From Actinomycetota bacterium (lineage in GTDB: Bacteria; Actinomycetota; Acidimicrobiia; Spongiisociales; UBA11373): a stretch of DNA of 45,946 nt. The notes below the pieces were generated by a model. The model saw nothing but the letters and a program-made list of their open reading frames with translations. It was not told where the DNA came from and ran no database searches. The position numbers were made by a program, and so were the translations under genes. Positions 9,721 to 18,244 of this stretch are shown one piece after another. The stretch is taken from NCBI GenBank assembly GCA_043805935.1, contig JAZDHM010000100.1:1-45946 (forward strand). The letters are read 5' to 3'. Within the stretch, counting starts at the first letter, position 1. The number at the start of each line of letters is the position of its first letter.

Positions 9721-10334
9721 GTCGTGCCGAAGAGGCGGTCACCCATGTCCCCGAGCCCAGGACGGATGTAAAAGCGGTCGTTGAGGTCGCGGTCGAGGGC
9801 CGCGGCGACGATGCGGACGTCGGGATGCTCCCGCTTCATCCGTTCGACACCCTTGGGAGCGGCCACCACGCAGAGGCAGGTGATGGCACGGGCACCGGAT
9901 TCCTTGGCCTTGGAGACCGCCCAGGACAATGAGCCGCCGGTGGCGAGCATGGGCTCGAGGATGAGCACCGTCGCCTCGGCCAGGTCGGGCGGCTTGAAGT
10001 AGTACTCGATCGGCTCGGCGGTCTCCTCGTTCCGCTGCACCCCGGCGAAGCCAACCTTGACCGACGGGATCAGGTCGATCACGGCCTCGAGCAGGCCCAG
10101 GCCGGCGCGCAGGACGGCGATCGCCACCACGGGCGACGTGCGGAACCCGGCGGTCTGCTCGAGGGGCGTCGAGATCGTCGAGGTCTCCAGGGGCAGATCC
10201 CGGGTGGCTTCCATGACGAGGGAGTACGTGAGCCGGCGGGCGGCGTTGCGGAACTCCTCCGGCTCGGTCGATCGATCCCTCAGCACCGTGAGGTAGTGCT
10301 TGGCGAGGGGGTGGTCCAGCACCTCGATGGTCAT
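9717..10334 (-). CDS. upp: Uracil phosphoribosyltransferase
   Basis: 205 aa. It starts MTIEVLDHPLAKHYLTVLRD, has the PRPP loop ILEPMLATGGS, and ends YIRPGLGDMGDRLFGT. GGGGAG lies 6 nt upstream of the ATG. Confidence 0.95.
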   Translation of the reverse strand: MTIEVLDHPLAKHYLTVLRDRSTEPEEFRNAARRLTYSLVMEATRDLPLETSTISTPLEQTAGFRTSPVVAIAVLRAGLGLLEAVIDLIPSVKVGFAGVQRNEETAEPIEYYFKPPDLAEATVLILEPMLATGGSLSWAVSKAKESGARAITCLCVVAAPKGVERMKREHPDVRIVAAALDRDLNDRFYIRPGLGDMGDRLFGTT

Positions 10335-10340
10335 GCCGCT

Positions 10341-10383
10341 CCCCGGTGAGACTCACAGAAGGGTACAGCGGCCTTCACCGGGG
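10341..10383 (-). promoter_or_regulatory. Hairpin overlapping the upp Shine-Dalgarno sequence in the upp/ffh divergent region
   Basis: The 9-bp arms are CCCCGGTGA (10341-10349) and TCACCGGGG (10375-10383), with an inner palindrome GTGAG-A-CTCAC. On the upp mRNA the 3' arm ends in GGGG of the GGGGAG that precedes the ATG by 6 nt. Confidence 0.3.
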
Positions 10384-10435
10384 CTCGGCCGGGCGTCCGG
10401 GCGAGTGGGGACGGCCACCGCCCTACGCTCGGCGC

Positions 10436-11788
10436 ATGTTTGAGGGTCTGACCACCCGCCTCGGGTCGGTGTTCGCCGTCTTGCGAGGCAAGGGCCGGCT
10501 GTCCGTCGCCGATGTCGACGCCGCTCTACGCGAGGTGCGGCTGGCTCTGCTCGAGGCGGACGTGAACGTCAGCGTCGCCAGGGCACTTCTCGACCGTGTG
10601 CGCGCCCGGGCCGTCGGGGCCGAGGTCACCAAGAGCCTCACGCCGGGCCAACAGGTGGTGAAGATCGTCCACGAGGAGCTGGTGACCACCCTGGGAGGCG
10701 AGTCGGTCGCTCTGGCCCATGCCTCCAAGGCGCCGCTGATCGTCCTGCTCGCCGGGTTGCAGGGCTCGGGCAAGACGACCACCGCGGCGAAACTCGCCCG
10801 CCGGCTCGCCGGCCAGGGCAAGCATCCGATGCTGGTGGCGGCCGACCTGCAACGCCCGGCCGCGATCGATCAGCTGGAGACGCTCGGCCGTCGAATCGGG
10901 GTCCCGGTGTTCATCGACCGGGGCGGCAAGCCCGCCAAGCTGGTGAAGGCGGCCCTCAAGCGGGCTGCCGAGGCGGGGCACGACGTCGTGATCATCGACA
11001 CCGCCGGCCGCATGCAGATCGACGAGCCCCTGATGGCGGAGCTGGCGGAGGTTCGACGCGTCGCCGATCCGCACGAGGTGCTCCTGGTCCTCGACGCGAT
11101 GACCGGCCAGGACGCCGTCAACGTGGCGTCGGGGTTCCTGGAACGGGCCGATCTCACTGGTCTGATCCTGTCCAAGCTCGACGGCGACGCCAGGGGCGGG
11201 GCGGCGATCTCGGCGAGGGAGGTCACCGGTCGCCCGATCAAGTTCGCCGGGACCGGGGAGGGGCTGGACGACCTGGAGGTGTTCCATCCGGAACGCATGG
11301 CGTCTCGGATCCTGGGCATGGGCGACGTGCTCACCCTGATCGAGAAGGCCGAACAGACGTGGGACGCCGACGAAGCTGCGGTGGCCGCGGACAAGATGCG
11401 GACCGCCTCGTTCACGCTGGAGGACTTCCTCGACCAGTTCCAGCAGGTGCGACGGATGGGGTCGATGCGCCAACTGCTTGGTATGCTCCCTGGCGCCGCA
11501 TCGGCCTTGGGAAAGGTCGATGTGTCCGACAAGGACCTCGGCCGGGTCGAGGCGATCATCCGGTCGATGACGCCCACCGAGCGGCAGGATCCGAAGACGA
11601 TTGACGGAAGCCGCAAGCGTCGGATCGCTGCCGGGTCGGGGACGAGTGCTCAGGACGTCAACGGCCTCCTGCGGAAGTTCGCTGAGACACAGAAGTTGAT
11701 GAGGGCCTTCGCCGAAGGCAAGAACCCGATTCCCGGGCTGGGCCAGGGACCGGTGATGCCGAGGCGGGGGCGGAACAGGAAGAGGTGA
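10436..11788 (+). CDS. ffh: Signal recognition particle protein Ffh (SRP54)
   Basis: The internal ATG at 10436 gives [13 protein letters not shown]. Motifs include [15 protein letters not shown] and [10 protein letters not shown], plus a Met-rich M domain ([10 protein letters not shown]). Confidence 0.96.
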   Translation: MFEGLTTRLGSVFAVLRGKGRLSVADVDAALREVRLALLEADVNVSVARALLDRVRARAVGAEVTKSLTPGQQVVKIVHEELVTTLGGESVALAHASKAPLIVLLAGLQGSGKTTTAAKLARRLAGQGKHPMLVAADLQRPAAIDQLETLGRRIGVPVFIDRGGKPAKLVKAALKRAAEAGHDVVIIDTAGRMQIDEPLMAELAEVRRVADPHEVLLVLDAMTGQDAVNVASGFLERADLTGLILSKLDGDARGGAAISAREVTGRPIKFAGTGEGLDDLEVFHPERMASRILGMGDVLTLIEKAEQTWDADEAAVAADKMRTASFTLEDFLDQFQQVRRMGSMRQLLGMLPGAASALGKVDVSDKDLGRVEAIIRSMTPTERQDPKTIDGSRKRRIAAGSGTSAQDVNGLLRKFAETQKLMRAFAEGKNPIPGLGQGPVMPRRGRNRKR

Positions 11789-11792
11789 CGGG

Positions 11793-12167
11793 ATGGCGGT
11801 GAAGATCCGCCTGACGCGGATTGGCAAGAACCGGCAGCCTTCGTACCGGGTGGTCGTCGCCGACTCGCGCAGCCCCCGTGACGGGGCCAAGATCGAGCAG
11901 ATCGGCCGCTACGACCCGCGCCAGGAGCCGTCGGTCGTCGAGATCGACAACGAGCGTGCCGCCTATTGGATCGCCCGCGGCGCACAGCCGTCGGCTCAGG
12001 TCAAGAAGCTGCTGGAGATCTCCGGCGCCATGCCCGCCCGGGCGATCAAGGAGGGCCGTATCCACGTGGTGGGCGAGGCCTCCGGGGCCGGAGCGGCACC
12101 CGCCTCCGACGCTACGCCGGCGGGCACCGACAAGGTGCTCGATCTCATGGAGGAGCAGGAATCTTGA
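11793..12167 (+). CDS. rpsP: 30S ribosomal protein S16
   Basis: It starts [31 protein letters not shown] and has a C-terminal Ala-rich tail, as is common in high-GC Gram-positives. Confidence 0.96.
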   Translation: MAVKIRLTRIGKNRQPSYRVVVADSRSPRDGAKIEQIGRYDPRQEPSVVEIDNERAAYWIARGAQPSAQVKKLLEISGAMPARAIKEGRIHVVGEASGAGAAPASDATPAGTDKVLDLMEEQES

Positions 12168-12412
12168 AGGGCGCCATCGTCCAGAGGGTCGTCGAGTACA
12201 TGACCAAGGAGATCGTCGAGGATCCGGCAGCGGTGTCGGTGACGATCGTGGAGGACGGGCCCGACGAGGTGACGGCCGAGGTCAGGGCAGCCAAACCCGA
12301 CATGGGCCGGGTAATCGGACGCCGCGGACGGGTGGCCAAATCCATCCGGACGGTCGCCCAGGCCGCCGCCGATGAAGAGGGCCTGCAGGCCCGGGTTGAG
12401 TTCATCGACTGA
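12164..12412 (+). CDS. KH-domain RNA-binding protein (YlqC / Rv2908c-like)
   Basis: The TTG at 12164 overlaps the rpsP stop (TTGA). The roughly 82-aa product contains [18 protein letters not shown] (a GxxG KH loop). Its position between rpsP and rimM is conserved. Confidence 0.8.
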   Translation: MKGAIVQRVVEYMTKEIVEDPAAVSVTIVEDGPDEVTAEVRAAKPDMGRVIGRRGRVAKSIRTVAQAAADEEGLQARVEFID

Positions 12413-12911
12413 CTCCGGCCGGGTCATCGTCGGTCGCATCGGCCGGCCGCACGGCATCCGCGGACAGGTCACCGTCCTGCCGGACACCGACGAACCGGGA
12501 CGCTTCGCCGTGGGGGCCGAGCTGCTCACCGATCGGGGACGCACCCTGGTGGTGCGATCGGCATCGCGGTATCGCGATCGCGGGTTGATCGTCGGGTTCG
12601 AAGGCGTGGATGACCGCGACCAGGCCGAATCGTTGCGAGGCTCCCTGGTGACCATCACCGCCTCGGCCCGGCGTCCGCTCGACAACGGCGAGTACTGGCC
12701 CGACGATCTCGTGGGGCTCATCGCGGTCGCGCCCGGCGGCGGCACCCTCGGGGTGGTGACAGCCGTGGATTTCGGGACCGGCCAGGATCGGCTCGTCGTC
12801 TCGACCCCTGCCGGGGCAGAGGTGCTGGTCCCCTTCGTCGCCGGGCTGGTCGGCGAGCCGGCGGATGGCCAGATCGAGATCCACGACCCCGGCGGGCTAT
12901 TCCACCCCTAG
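12372..12911 (+). CDS. rimM: 16S rRNA processing protein RimM
   Basis: VIVGRIGRPHGIRGQVTV is followed by a PRC-barrel C terminus. The start is uncertain. The ATG at 12372 overlaps the KH gene by 41 nt, and the TTG at 12396 overlaps it by 17 nt. Confidence 0.88.
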   Translation: MKRACRPGLSSSTDSGRVIVGRIGRPHGIRGQVTVLPDTDEPGRFAVGAELLTDRGRTLVVRSASRYRDRGLIVGFEGVDDRDQAESLRGSLVTITASARRPLDNGEYWPDDLVGLIAVAPGGGTLGVVTAVDFGTGQDRLVVSTPAGAEVLVPFVAGLVGEPADGQIEIHDPGGLFHP

Positions 12912-13009
12912 ACGGGGCCGAGTTCCCCTATCGGCGCCGGGGTCGGCTCCGTACGGTGCCGGCAGAGCACACCGGGATGAGGCGCCCGGTGGCGGCCCGG
13001 GGAGGCACG

Positions 13010-13450
13010 ATGGACGGGGAATCCGCCGCAAGGTTCGTCGATCGGATCGTCAGGAAGTTCGACGCCGGGGCCCGGCCCCTGGCATTCGAGCCCGCCCGCA
13101 ACGGCGCGACCACCAAGATTTCCCACCGCGGGTTCTCCGTCGAGATCGGGGTCGGCCGCTGTGAGCAGGGGACCATCGATCTGCTCGTCGGCGTCGCCCT
13201 CGGCCCGGTTCCGGCGCATCACCGTGACGCGTTCCTCACCCAATTGCTGGAGTGGAATCACTGCACCTCGGGAATCGGCCACTTCTCCTTGGACGAGGAC
13301 GGGAAGGTGTCCATGGTGAGCCGGCACGGGTTGGAGGGCCTCGACGCAGAGGGCCTCGCCGGCATCATCGGCGCCATGGTCACTGCTGCGCGCGGAGCAC
13401 TCGAGGCGATGGCCCTCGCCGAGCTGTCCGCCGGGGTCACCGTCGAGTAG
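13010..13450 (+). CDS. YbjN / type III secretion chaperone-like small acidic protein
   Basis: The ATG at 13010 is preceded by GGAGG (13001-13005). The 146-aa product has the pattern ...LLEWNHCTSGIGHFSLDEDGKVSMVSRHGLEGLDAEGL..., typical of YbjN/CesT-fold proteins. Its 3' end overlaps gap convergently by 14 nt. Confidence 0.55.
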   Translation: MDGESAARFVDRIVRKFDAGARPLAFEPARNGATTKISHRGFSVEIGVGRCEQGTIDLLVGVALGPVPAHHRDAFLTQLLEWNHCTSGIGHFSLDEDGKVSMVSRHGLEGLDAEGLAGIIGAMVTAARGALEAMALAELSAGVTVE

Positions 13451-14468
13451 ACCGACCCCTCGCCTCGTCGAGCATCTCCAGCCGCTCGATCAGGTCGACG
13501 ACGCGATTCGAGTATCCCCATTCGTTGTCGTACCACGCGAGGACCTTGACCGTGCGGCCGTCGAGGACACGGGTGGAGGCGGCATCGAACACGCTCGAGT
13601 GTGAGTTGCCGATGATGTCGCTCGAGACGAGCGGGGCCTCCGAGTACTCGACGATCCCGACGAGCGGACCCTCGGCGGCACGTTTCACGGCGGCATTGAC
13701 CTCCTCAACCGTGACGTCGCGGGTCAGCTCGACGACCAGGTCGACGGTCGACCCGTCGGGCACCGGGACGCGCATCGCCATCCCGTCCAGCTTGCCCTTG
13801 AGCTTGGGGAGCACCTCGCCGACGGCCTTGGCGGCCCCGGTCGACGTAGGGATGATGTTTTCGGTCGCCGCCCGGCTTCGCCGGAAGTCCTTGTGGGGGA
13901 CGTCGGCGAGGCGTTGGTCGTTCGTGTAGGCGTGCACCGTGGTCATCAGGCCGCGGACGATCCCGAACGCGTCATCGAGCACCTTGGCGATTGGCGCCAG
14001 GCAGTTGGTGGTGCAGGAGGCGTTCGACACGAGTTGAACGTCCGGTCGGAGATCGCCGTCGTTCACGCCGAGGACGACGGTGGCGTCGAGGGGGTCCTTG
14101 GAGGGAACGGTGAGGATCACTCGTTTCGCCCCGGCCTCCACGTGCTTGCTGACCTTCGCGCGGTCGCGGAACACCCCGGTCGACTCGACGACCACGTCGA
14201 CCTGCAACGCCTTCCAGGGAAGGGAGAGGGGATCCTTGATCGTGAGCAGCTGCGGCCGGTGGTGGCCAGCTGCCAGGTGGCCGTCTTCGAGGGTGACCGG
14301 CCCGGGAAACTCGCCCATGACCGTGTCGTACTTGAGGAGGTACGCCGCCATCTCGTCGGAGGCGAGATCGTTGATGGCGACGATCTCAATGCCCGAGTCG
14401 GGGCGCTGGTTGATGACCCGGTAGACCGCCCGGCCGATCCGGCCGAACCCGTTGATGGCGACCCTCAT
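13437..14468 (-). CDS. gap: Glyceraldehyde-3-phosphate dehydrogenase, type I (catalytically complete)
   Basis: The internal ATG at 14468 gives MRVAINGFGRIGR. Motifs include SNASCTTNCLAP, VHAYTNDQ, STGAAKAV, MRVPV and WYDNEWGYS. The start overlaps the stop of the upstream paralog (ATGA). Confidence 0.93.
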   Translation of the reverse strand: MRVAINGFGRIGRAVYRVINQRPDSGIEIVAINDLASDEMAAYLLKYDTVMGEFPGPVTLEDGHLAAGHHRPQLLTIKDPLSLPWKALQVDVVVESTGVFRDRAKVSKHVEAGAKRVILTVPSKDPLDATVVLGVNDGDLRPDVQLVSNASCTTNCLAPIAKVLDDAFGIVRGLMTTVHAYTNDQRLADVPHKDFRRSRAATENIIPTSTGAAKAVGEVLPKLKGKLDGMAMRVPVPDGSTVDLVVELTRDVTVEEVNAAVKRAAEGPLVGIVEYSEAPLVSSDIIGNSHSSVFDAASTRVLDGRTVKVLAWYDNEWGYSNRVVDLIERLEMLDEARGRSTRR

Positions 14469-15484
14469 GCCGCCACCTCCTCGAACGACGCCAGCTTCTC
14501 GATGGCGTTCACCACCCGTGCGGCGTAGCCCCATCCGTTGTCGAACCAGGTGATGCACTTGAGAAGCGTGCCACCGACCAGCATCGTCGCCAGGCCGTCC
14601 CAGACGGCCGAATGCGTGTTGCCGATGACGTCGCTCGAGACGATCGGGTCGTCGGTGTACTCGATCACTTCGGAACCCCGAGCCACTCCGGCGATGTGGG
14701 CGTTGACCGCCGCCTTGTCGGTGGGGGTGGCGAGGGTGGCGACCAGATCGACGTTGGATCCGTCCGCCACCGGGACGTTGAGGGCGATGCCGCTCAGCTT
14801 GCCGGCGAATTGGGGGAGCACCGACTCGATGATCGTCGCCGAGGTGGTAGCCGAGGGAATGATGTTCTCGGCGGCGGCGCGGCTCATCCGCAGGTCGTCG
14901 CCGGGGACGTCGGCCAACCGCTGTTCGTTGGTGAAGGCGTGCACCACGGTGAACATCCCCCGTACCACGCCGAAACCATCGTCGAGCGCCTTGAGGATGG
15001 GGGCGAGGGCATTTGACGTGTTCGAGCCGAGGGCGACCACCCGGTCCTCCGGTCCCAGGAGGTGGTCATTCGCTCCCATGATCACCGTCTGCATGTCCGC
15101 AGGGTCCTCCGGGGTCGAGGCGAGCACGACGCGCTTGGCTCCGGCCGCGAGGTGCCGGGAGCACTCGGCCGAGGTGCGGTGCTTCCGGGTCGCCTGGACG
15201 ACGACCTGGACACCGAGGGCCGTCCAGTCGACGTCGCCTGGATTGGCGTCCGACCGCATCGGGATGCGGCGGCTGCCGACGATCAGGTGGCCGTCGGCGA
15301 AGGACACCGGCTCCGGGAAACGTCCGAAGATCGTGTCGTACTCGAGGAGGTAGGCGAGGGCGGCGGGGTCGGCCACGTCGACGATGGCGGCAACCTCGAG
15401 GTCGCTGCGGTCCCTGAGCTGGCGGAACACGTTGCGACCGATGCGGCCGAAGCCCATGAGCCCGATCCGGGTCGGGGAGGTCAT
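14465..15484 (-). CDS. GAPDH-family paralog lacking the catalytic cysteine
   Basis: 339 aa, colinear with gap (MGFGRIGR, VHAFTNEQ, WFDNGWGYA). The active-site motif SCTTNC reads SNTSNA, TGAAK reads TTSAT and MRVP reads LNVP. Confidence 0.85.
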   Translation of the reverse strand: MTSPTRIGLMGFGRIGRNVFRQLRDRSDLEVAAIVDVADPAALAYLLEYDTIFGRFPEPVSFADGHLIVGSRRIPMRSDANPGDVDWTALGVQVVVQATRKHRTSAECSRHLAAGAKRVVLASTPEDPADMQTVIMGANDHLLGPEDRVVALGSNTSNALAPILKALDDGFGVVRGMFTVVHAFTNEQRLADVPGDDLRMSRAAAENIIPSATTSATIIESVLPQFAGKLSGIALNVPVADGSNVDLVATLATPTDKAAVNAHIAGVARGSEVIEYTDDPIVSSDVIGNTHSAVWDGLATMLVGGTLLKCITWFDNGWGYAARVVNAIEKLASFEEVAA

Positions 15485-15605
15485 GCGGTCCTTTCCTGGG
15501 TCGACCGCAGGATACCGGCGTGGGGGACGGCCTCCGGCGGGGCACTTCGGCCCTATCCGGGCGACCTGCTGGCCCTAACACCGTGGAGGCGTGAAAGGAG
15601 GTTTC

Positions 15606-17063
15606 ATGCGGATCGGCGCGCGGCGCGGGCGAGTCCGGGTGGCAGTAGTCGTGGGCTTGGTGCTCGCCGCGGGCTGCAGCGCCGGAACCTCCGGCGGGGA
15701 TGACGAGACGACCTCGACGACCCCGACCATCAGCGTGACCTCGCCGGCGGTCACCACGACCTCGGAAACCGGGGCCACGACCACCTCCGAACCGGTGACG
15801 TCGACGACGATCGTAGAGACGGTCGGGCCCGATTCCGGGGAGAACGTCGCCTGGATGGCAGGCTTCGGCTGCGGGGCGAGCGCCCTGGCCGAGGGTGCCA
15901 CCTGGTACACGCTCAGGGAGGAGTACGGGACGCTCAGCACCGATCAGGTGATGGACATCGTTGTGGGTGAAGACGGGACCGCGTGGGTCGCCACCTCGAC
16001 CGGCGTCCAACGAATCGCCGGCGGTGTCATGACCGCGGCGTACGACGAGGGGCTCGATGCCCTTGCCGTCGATCCGATCTCGGGTGACGTGTGGGGCGTC
16101 TCCTATCAGCAAGCCGTCCGCTACGACGGGTCATCCTGGACGAACTATCCATCTGCGAACTTCGGCGAGGGCGAGTTCGTCGACCTGCTCAAGGACGTCA
16201 CCGTCGATGGTGGTGGGCACCCATGGGTGGCCACGACGTCCACGGTGGCGACCTTGCAGGGTGACCAGTGGACGTGGTGGGGAGCCGACAACGGATTCCC
16301 CGCCTCACAGTATCCGTACTACCTGGAGTCGATCATCGCCGCAGCGGATGGCCGCATCTGGGTATCGACCACCGATGGTGTCCTGGTGTTCGACGGCAGC
16401 ACGTGGACCATGACCGACCCTGGAGTCAGCCAGCCGAAGCGGATCAGCGCGGCCGCCGATGGCCGGGTGTTCGTCGCCTCATGGGCGGACGGATTCGCCA
16501 CATATGAGGGAGGGTCGTGGCGGGTGACCCAATCCTCTCCCGGTGGCTTGCCCACAGGGCGGGTCAGGGCGATCGAGGTGGACTCCCGGGGCCGGACGTG
16601 GGTCGGGACGACGTGGGGATTCAGTGTGGTCGAAGGGGGAGTGTGGACCACCTACACGATGGCGACCAGCGGTTTGGCGGGTAATTGCGTCGAGGCTCTG
16701 GCGATCCACGGTGGCGGGCCACCGGACATGCCCGCTCCGATCGCTCCCGTCACCGGGTCGCTCACCGGGGCGATCACGGTGGGGGGCGCGCCCCTCGCCA
16801 ACGCATCGGTGGTGCTGTGCAGCGACCAGCCGAGCATGATCTACGGCGGGGCCACTCCGTGCAGCGGTTACCCGTTCGAGAGTGTTGTGACCACCGACGC
16901 CGAGGGGCGGTTCACGTTCGCCGACGTTCCGATCGGCGACTACGACCTCGCCTGGCAGGTCGAAGAGGGGACGTGGCGTTCATTCCTCTTCGGGGGCGAG
17001 ATACCGCACGTTCGGCCCGGCCTGACGACGGAACTGGAGACGATCGAGAGCGAGAGCGACTAG
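15606..17063 (+). CDS. Secreted lipoprotein with beta-propeller (Reg_prop-like) repeats and a C-terminal CarboxypepD_reg-like domain
   Basis: The ATG at 15606 lies 4 nt after AAGGAGG. There is a lipobox (LVLAAGC) and a Thr/Ser-rich linker. At least six repeats follow the pattern G(R/H/D)xWV(A/S/G)T..G(V/F)..(Y/F/L)(D/E/Q)G..W. The C terminus reads TTDAEGRFTFADVPIGDYDL. Confidence 0.8.
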   Translation: MRIGARRGRVRVAVVVGLVLAAGCSAGTSGGDDETTSTTPTISVTSPAVTTTSETGATTTSEPVTSTTIVETVGPDSGENVAWMAGFGCGASALAEGATWYTLREEYGTLSTDQVMDIVVGEDGTAWVATSTGVQRIAGGVMTAAYDEGLDALAVDPISGDVWGVSYQQAVRYDGSSWTNYPSANFGEGEFVDLLKDVTVDGGGHPWVATTSTVATLQGDQWTWWGADNGFPASQYPYYLESIIAAADGRIWVSTTDGVLVFDGSTWTMTDPGVSQPKRISAAADGRVFVASWADGFATYEGGSWRVTQSSPGGLPTGRVRAIEVDSRGRTWVGTTWGFSVVEGGVWTTYTMATSGLAGNCVEALAIHGGGPPDMPAPIAPVTGSLTGAITVGGAPLANASVVLCSDQPSMIYGGATPCSGYPFESVVTTDAEGRFTFADVPIGDYDLAWQVEEGTWRSFLFGGEIPHVRPGLTTELETIESESD

Positions 17064-17107
17064 CCGAGTGCGGTGCAGCGACGGGACGGTGACTACGGTT
17101 CCTCGCT

Positions 17108-18244
17108 ATGCCGTTCCCGGCACCTGATCGAGAGTTGGCGTCGGACCTGCTTCGCGGCAGGGGGGATGTCCCCGGCCTCTTCGCGGAGGCGAGGCGGCTG
17201 CGCGACGAGGGGCGCGGACGCACGATCACCTACTCGCGCAAGGTGTTCGTGCCGCTCACCACGCTTTGCCGGGACACCTGCACGTACTGCACGTTCGCCA
17301 AGCCACCCGGGGCCGGAGGCGAGTACCTCACGCCGGACGAGGTGATGTCGATCGTCTCGGTCGGCGACGCCCACCGCTGCACCGAGGCGCTGTTCACCCT
17401 CGGCGACCGCCCCGAGGCCCGCTGGGCGCAGGCCGCCGCGTTCCTCGCCGAGCACGGCTGCTCCACGACCATCGATTACGTCCGGCTGAACACCGAGGCG
17501 GTGGTCGCCGGCACGGGGCTCTTCCCACACGCCAACCCGGGATTGATGAGCGAGGCGGACCTGGTGTCCCTGCGACGGTCGAATCCCTCGATGGGACTCA
17601 TGCTGGAGAACATTTCGCCCAGGCTGATGGAGCCGGGGATGCCTCACCATGGATGCCCCGACAAGGATCCGGACCTGCGCCTCGAAGTCATCCGGGCGGC
17701 GGGACGGGTGCGGGTCCCGTTCACGACCGGGATCCTGGTCGGGATCGGCGAGACGGCCGAGGAGGTGGTGGACAGCCTGTTCGCCCTGCGCGCCGTCTCC
17801 GACGAGAGCGGAGCCGTCCAGGAGGTGATCGTGCAGAACTTCCGTGCCAAGGCGGACACCCCCATGCGCCGCGATGCCGAGCCGACGGTCCAGTACCTCG
17901 GGCGGGTGGTTGCCGCCGCCCGATGGATCCTCGGCCCGTCGGCCAACCTCCAGGTTCCCCCCAACCTCACCGAGCGCTTCGAGGTCTACCTGGACGCCGG
18001 CATCAATGACTGGGGCGGCGTGTCGCCACTCACGATCGACTGGGTCAACCCGGAGGCACCGTGGCCCCACCTCGACGAGCTGCGGGCCAGGACGGAGGCA
18101 GCCGGCTTCCGGCTGATGCCGCGGCTCCCGGTGTACCCGGAGTTCATCGGTGACCGCTGGATCGACCCGGTGCTCCTGGCCAAGGTCACCGACGCCGTGG
18201 ACGACGAGGGCTATGCCCGCGCACCCCAGAGGGAGGCCGCATGA
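17108..18244 (+). CDS. cofG: FO synthase subunit 1 (7,8-didemethyl-8-hydroxy-5-deazariboflavin synthase CofG)
   Basis: 378 aa with the radical-SAM motif CRDTCTYCTF near the N terminus, GLMLENISPRL, and overall CofG/FbiC N-half colinearity. Confidence 0.9.
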   Translation: MPFPAPDRELASDLLRGRGDVPGLFAEARRLRDEGRGRTITYSRKVFVPLTTLCRDTCTYCTFAKPPGAGGEYLTPDEVMSIVSVGDAHRCTEALFTLGDRPEARWAQAAAFLAEHGCSTTIDYVRLNTEAVVAGTGLFPHANPGLMSEADLVSLRRSNPSMGLMLENISPRLMEPGMPHHGCPDKDPDLRLEVIRAAGRVRVPFTTGILVGIGETAEEVVDSLFALRAVSDESGAVQEVIVQNFRAKADTPMRRDAEPTVQYLGRVVAAARWILGPSANLQVPPNLTERFEVYLDAGINDWGGVSPLTIDWVNPEAPWPHLDELRARTEAAGFRLMPRLPVYPEFIGDRWIDPVLLAKVTDAVDDEGYARAPQREAA

